From Minisyncoccia bacterium (GTDB lineage Bacteria > Patescibacteriota > Minisyncoccia > Phycocordibacterales > UBA9973): DNA of 64,000 nucleotides. Both the position numbers and the translations under genes were made by a program. The stretch spans positions 78,244-142,243 of the forward strand of contig JBBRWS010000001.1 in assembly GCA_038249055.1 (NCBI GenBank), in the 5' to 3' direction. This document shows, in pieces, positions 59,234 to 64,000 of this stretch. The notes beneath the pieces are model-generated. The model was not told the origin of the DNA, searched no databases, and worked only from the letters and a program-made list of their open reading frames with translations. Numbering within the stretch: position 1 is the first letter of the stretch; each line of letters opens with the position of its first letter.

Positions 59234-61189
59234 CTATTTCATTGAATTCATCTTTGTTTTTGTCTTTGGTCCTACAATACCATCTGCTACTAAATTATTC
59301 GCTCTTTGCCATATTTTTATTACCGCAATTGTTTTTGGACCTAGTTTACCATCAATGACTAGATTAAGATTTAAAATCTCATTTAAAAATCTTTGTAATT
59401 CTTTAACTGCTTCACCCCTGCTTCCATTTTTAAGGTTTGTTGTTCCAAAATTATAATTTATTCGTGATTGGATGTTTGGACCTGTAATAATAAGTGCTGG
59501 TGGAATAGCAATAACTGGACTTGTTGGTGTGGTAGGAATTAATAATGATTCTAAATATAACTTGTATACTGATGAAGAAGAACCACTACTACCTCTACGT
59601 ACAGCTGTAACAGTTAAAGTTGCAGTTGAAGCAGCTGAAACATTTCCTGTAGCATCAATCACATATAATTTATAATCCCCTACAGTCTCTGGGGCAGTAA
59701 TACTTGTTGCTGTTCCGCCTGCTGTTGTCATGGTATTACCCGCTGTGAATGTCGTTGTTCCTGGTGGAGCAAACCAAATTGCTCCACCAGTTTCAGAAGC
59801 TGAAACAACAGTAACAGTTGCTCCACTTGTTTCAGAAATTGATGTTGCGAAAACTGTGTCCTGGTTTGTTGGAGCAGTATTATCAGAATCAAATTCACTA
59901 AAACCAGTTGTTGTAAAAGTTAAAGTCTGAGCTGTCCCATTCCACGTAAAGCTGCCTAATGTTTTACCCCCAACAACAACATCGCTTGAAGCATTGTTAG
60001 AAACGTAGCCATCAACAGTACCGGTGTTGTCCTTAACGATTAGTCCTGGTCTAACTGCACTACTCATTTTCATTGTTAAAGTTGCACCACCATCAAAAGC
60101 AGCTAGGGCACTAGAATCTACTCGCATAACACTTCCACTAACTGTCATATTTGTACCAAGAGATTGTAATCCAGTTATAGTTGCTGTTTCAGTAAGATTA
60201 ACTGGACCAGTAAGAACCAAGGTTCCAACATCAACGGCACTAATATTAGCATTAAAGGTAAGATTACTTACGTTAGTAAAATCAAGAATACCCGACCAGT
60301 CAGTGGTGGTAGCATTATTTAATTCTGTAATTAAAGTCTTTGGGTCAATACCAAAAACTCCAGTAAAAGATTCACTTGGAAGTGTACCGTAAGTTATATT
60401 TCCAGCAGCATCAGTTAATTGAATATTAAGAGGATAACCACCGGCAGTTGTGGGTAATGTTGCTAGTGATAATGAAGATAGTGCTGTATTAAAAGCATAA
60501 ATATTTCCACTTGGATTTGTAGCGAAATTTATATAATCAGTACCTGGGGTTCCAGTAGAAAATTCTGCTGCATCACAAGTTAAGGCAGAGTTATTACCCG
60601 TGATGGATTGTACACAAGCTTTAACTGCTGATAATGGTTCATTTGCAGTAACTGTAAACCTTAAACTTTTACCCGAATAATAATACCAAATATTTGTCGA
60701 TGAAGACGTTGCAGAACCATCTTGTTTAAGAGTAAGAACTGAAGTAAATGATGGGTCTTGTCCATCAGTAATTGCGGTAGAAGAACTATGAGCTACTACA
60801 ATGTTTGTGTCCCCATTTGAATCTGTAACACCTACTGCATCAACATATAAACCCTCGGCGGCGCTATAGGTTTTTGCTGGGTCACTAAAAGGTGTACCTG
60901 AGAAAGTTAAAGTTATTGTCCATGGAGCCGTTGGTGAAGTAATAACTGCACTAGTGGGAGTTAATGAAGCAGTCCCACCATCACCAACATCAACATGCCA
61001 TTTTGTATAATCTACAGAAGTTAAATTATGACCAGGATTGGCAATATCTACCAGGATTGTATTTGAAGATTCAATCTCAGATGAAGTAATAACAATATCC
61101 TCGGCAGCTTGTACTTTAGAAGTAGAAAATATAAAAACAGTTATGATGATTAAACTAAGAGTAAATAAAAACAAATTAATTTTTTTCAT
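59234..61189 (-). CDS. large secreted Thr/Ser/Gly-rich surface protein with C-terminal peptidoglycan-binding (PG_binding_1) domain
   Basis: signal peptide; C-terminal GSRGEAVKELQRFLN...DGKLGPKTIAVIKIWQRANNLVADGIVGPKT. Confidence 0.65.
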   Translation of the reverse strand: MKKINLFLFTLSLIIITVFIFSTSKVQAAEDIVITSSEIESSNTILVDIANPGHNLTSVDYTKWHVDVGDGGTASLTPTSAVITSPTAPWTITLTFSGTPFSDPAKTYSAAEGLYVDAVGVTDSNGDTNIVVAHSSSTAITDGQDPSFTSVLTLKQDGSATSSSTNIWYYYSGKSLRFTVTANEPLSAVKACVQSITGNNSALTCDAAEFSTGTPGTDYINFATNPSGNIYAFNTALSSLSLATLPTTAGGYPLNIQLTDAAGNITYGTLPSESFTGVFGIDPKTLITELNNATTTDWSGILDFTNVSNLTFNANISAVDVGTLVLTGPVNLTETATITGLQSLGTNMTVSGSVMRVDSSALAAFDGGATLTMKMSSAVRPGLIVKDNTGTVDGYVSNNASSDVVVGGKTLGSFTWNGTAQTLTFTTTGFSEFDSDNTAPTNQDTVFATSISETSGATVTVVSASETGGAIWFAPPGTTTFTAGNTMTTAGGTATSITAPETVGDYKLYVIDATGNVSAASTATLTVTAVRRGSSGSSSSVYKLYLESLLIPTTPTSPVIAIPPALIITGPNIQSRINYNFGTTNLKNGSRGEAVKELQRFLNEILNLNLVIDGKLGPKTIAVIKIWQRANNLVADGIVGPKTKTKMNSMK

Positions 61190-61388
61190 ATATTTTTTAT
61201 TGTTAATAAATTAAAAAACCCGCACTTAATAAAAATTACGAGCTTCTCGAGCTTCAATTTTTTAAACATTAAACTAAAAAACCCGAACCAAAATGGTTAC
61301 GGGCCTCTTTTAGAGCCTCTTTTTTTATAAACTTATTATATCATTACTTTAAAATTAATAGTAAAGTTATCCACAATCAATTTTAATA

Positions 61389-62090
61389 TTATTTATTTAA
61401 ATAATATAATCTTTTCTTTTCGGGCAAGCGCTCAATAGAATATCTGAGCATAGTACGAGGCATCTGGTGCACATATATATCAAGGAATGAGGTTAATTTC
61501 TTTTCAGATACCTTTTTTCCAACCTCTCGTAGCATCCATCCACAAGCTTTATGAATAAGGTCATGTTTGTCTTTTAAAAGTAATTTAACGATACGAAATG
61601 TCCATTCAGACTCCCCTTTATAAATAAAAGCAAAAGTCGAAATAATTGCTATTCGGCGTTCCCATAGATTTTTTGATTTAGCTAATTTTTCTAAAATTTT
61701 TGGGTCTTTATTTAATAAAAAATCCCCAATTATATAATGAGCAGATAAATCAACTAAATCCCAGTTATTTATATATTTAGTATTTTTTAAATAAAAATTA
61801 TATATTTTTCTCTTTATAATTTCATTTTTAGCTTGTTTATATTGATGAACTAAAATAAGTAGAGCAATAAGTCGGACCTCATGATATTTATTCATAAGTA
61901 GTTTTGAAATATCAGAAAATGATATGTTTTTGTATTTTGTTGCAAGTATACGTGATAATGGTACAGTAATCCCTAAAAATAAATCACCCTCGCCATATTG
62001 ACCAGGACCAGTTTTAAAAAATCGTGTAAGGAATGCACCTTTATCTTTATTTCTATTTAATATTATTTCTTTTAGTATTTTTTGATTCAT
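61389..62090 (-). CDS. DNA alkylation repair protein (AlkD-like HEAT-repeat glycosylase family)
   Basis: overall AlkD-family pattern (FFKTGPGQYGEGDLFLGI...). Confidence 0.65.
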   Translation of the reverse strand: MNQKILKEIILNRNKDKGAFLTRFFKTGPGQYGEGDLFLGITVPLSRILATKYKNISFSDISKLLMNKYHEVRLIALLILVHQYKQAKNEIIKRKIYNFYLKNTKYINNWDLVDLSAHYIIGDFLLNKDPKILEKLAKSKNLWERRIAIISTFAFIYKGESEWTFRIVKLLLKDKHDLIHKACGWMLREVGKKVSEKKLTSFLDIYVHQMPRTMLRYSIERLPEKKRLYYLNK

Positions 62091-62235
62091 TTTTTATTTT
62101 AACTTCAAAAAAATTATATCATTTTTATAAAAATATGTATTATTTAACGTTATAAATCAATAATAATTTATTTGACCCCTTATATAAAATAACATAGAAT
62201 TAAGATAAATCTCGTAAATTTAATAAATAAAAGTT

Positions 62236-62766
62236 ATGGACCTTAAAATGTCTTATATCGTGTATTTCCTCACGGGAATGGTTATTTGTATGGTTATTTT
62301 TCTGTTTTGGGGGAAATTTGTTGAGAAAATTTTAAGGGCTTATGGTTTTCTCAATAACTCTTTTTCAAGATTTTTAATTTTTGGACCAATTTTTTCTTCA
62401 ATTGCTCATGTTTTAATAGAAGGAAGATGGGAAAAATTAAAAATTATTTACGAATATTATTTTGTAACTGAAAAAACCCTGATCTCTGGTAAAATCATTA
62501 ATATTACTGAAGATAAGTATGACATGCCACTTATTTCATCAGAAATTAATGAAAATATTGGTACAGCTAGTTTATCTACTCCATTAACAGATTATATTGT
62601 TAAAATTGAAAAAGATGACGGAGAAGTTGTTTTAATTGATTTTGATATTGATTCAGATTCTTTTAAGAAAATGAATCTGAAAGTTGATGAAAAAGTAGTA
62701 GATATACCTTGTACTAAAAAAAAGTTTGATAAATTTTTTTATTTCAAAAGTATTACTCGATGGTAA
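62236..62766 (+). CDS. hypothetical membrane-anchored protein
   Basis: 176-aa ORF. Confidence 0.4.
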   Translation: MDLKMSYIVYFLTGMVICMVIFLFWGKFVEKILRAYGFLNNSFSRFLIFGPIFSSIAHVLIEGRWEKLKIIYEYYFVTEKTLISGKIINITEDKYDMPLISSEINENIGTASLSTPLTDYIVKIEKDDGEVVLIDFDIDSDSFKKMNLKVDEKVVDIPCTKKKFDKFFYFKSITRW

Positions 62767-62800
62767 AAAATTAAAAAAATAATTTAACTTTTAAATTAAA

Positions 62801-62833
62801 AAGCCACCCTAGAAAATTTGAGGTGGCTTTTTT
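62801..62833. terminator. bidirectional terminator
   Basis: AAGCCACCCT...AGGTGGCTT flanked by A/T runs. Confidence 0.6.
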
Positions 62834-62842
62834 AATTAAATA

Positions 62843-63286
62843 TTATTTTCTATATTTTTTGGTTCTCCATTTGTCAGCTATTTTAATTCTATTTAGGGAA
62901 CGTTCTAATTCTGTTTCAAAATGCTCAAAATCTACTATTTCATTATTTTCTGCTTGTTTACGCAACTGTTCAGCACGAGCTTTTGCTTTTTCAATTTCAA
63001 TATCAGAAATAGAAGAAACATATTCAGCAAAGTCAGCTAAAATTGTAACAGTTGTTAAATCGTTTTCTTTTTTAGTTTCAATAAATCCACCAACAACCGC
63101 CATTGGTATATGTTCACCACCCGATACTGCTACAATATCTCCACTTGCAATAGTTGCGATAAGAGGAACATGGTCAGGAAGTATTGTTATTTCCCCTTCT
63201 GTAGTAGGTATTGTTACTTGATCAACTAATTCTTCTAAAATTAATTTTTCAGGTGTGACAATTTTTAATTGTAATTTTTTACTCAT
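62843..63286 (-). CDS. atpC: F0F1 ATP synthase epsilon subunit
   Basis: MSKKLQLKIVTPEKLILEEL...; start taken at the MSKK codon (63286) rather than at the ORF-track start. Confidence 0.8.
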   Translation of the reverse strand: MSKKLQLKIVTPEKLILEELVDQVTIPTTEGEITILPDHVPLIATIASGDIVAVSGGEHIPMAVVGGFIETKKENDLTTVTILADFAEYVSSISDIEIEKAKARAEQLRKQAENNEIVDFEHFETELERSLNRIKIADKWRTKKYRK

Positions 63287-63374
63287 TTTTAATTTTTTTA
63301 TTTGATTAAATAAATTTTTCTCTTCGAGGTTGGACCTCGGGCTCTTTTTGAGGTACAACCTCAAGAATAAAAAT

Positions 63375-64000
<626 letters not shown>

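Noticed and set aside
59472-60392. + strand ORFs inside the large minus-strand surface-protein gene
   Set aside because: Antisense shadows of a Thr/Ser/Gly-rich gene; no start context.

Overview
The window is AT-rich (about 28-30% GC overall) bacterial chromosome with almost no Shine-Dalgarno-like motifs upstream of genes. Coding density is high. Roughly the left 40 kb is accessory-type DNA and the right 24 kb is mostly housekeeping.

Accessory part, left to right:
- A four-gene block (1046-5767) with markedly higher GC, containing a protein-kinase-like gene and a highly divergent adenylosuccinate-synthetase-like gene.
- A large nucleotidyltransferase-domain gene on the minus strand.
- Secreted proteins, lipoproteins and a PilQ-type secretin.
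- A five-gene minus-strand operon (17483-21500) whose two promoter-proximal genes look like a Thoeris-type pair: a TIR-like ThsB and a ThsA with transmembrane helices plus a macro domain. Three uncharacterised genes follow them.
- A phage-like remnant: a ParB-fused DNA methyltransferase, small and large terminase subunits, and a large serine recombinase with an adjacent palindrome.
- A roughly 12 kb copper / heavy-metal homeostasis island: two P1B-type ATPases (one with a ~270-aa repeat-containing C-terminal extension, one with a CPD rather than CPC motif), CopZ, a CsoR-like repressor, a fusion of a metal-binding HMA domain, a permease and two cupredoxin-like domains, a DsbD-like membrane protein, a DUF1573 protein and a SHOCT protein.
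- A tRNA-Glu(CUC) on the minus strand, immediately after the second ATPase.

Housekeeping part: rsmI, rplI, rpmA, ctpA, rarA, a 2-hydroxyacid dehydrogenase, an unusually short pyruvate kinase containing only the catalytic barrel, lexA with a Cheo-type LexA box and a downstream PIF1-like helicase, alkD-like, and atpC plus partial atpD.

Two repeat families stand out:
- Family B: five copies of a 110-135 bp element with terminal inverted repeats (TCCCGTTAGAAGC...GCTTCTAACGGGA) and TGA(R) direct duplications. Each copy ends exactly at the ATG of the downstream gene.
- Family A: two full copies and one partial copy of a 200-350 bp repeat that contains fragments resembling the 3' half of the tRNA-Glu, interrupted by GC-rich hairpins.

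No CRISPR array or rRNA gene was seen.
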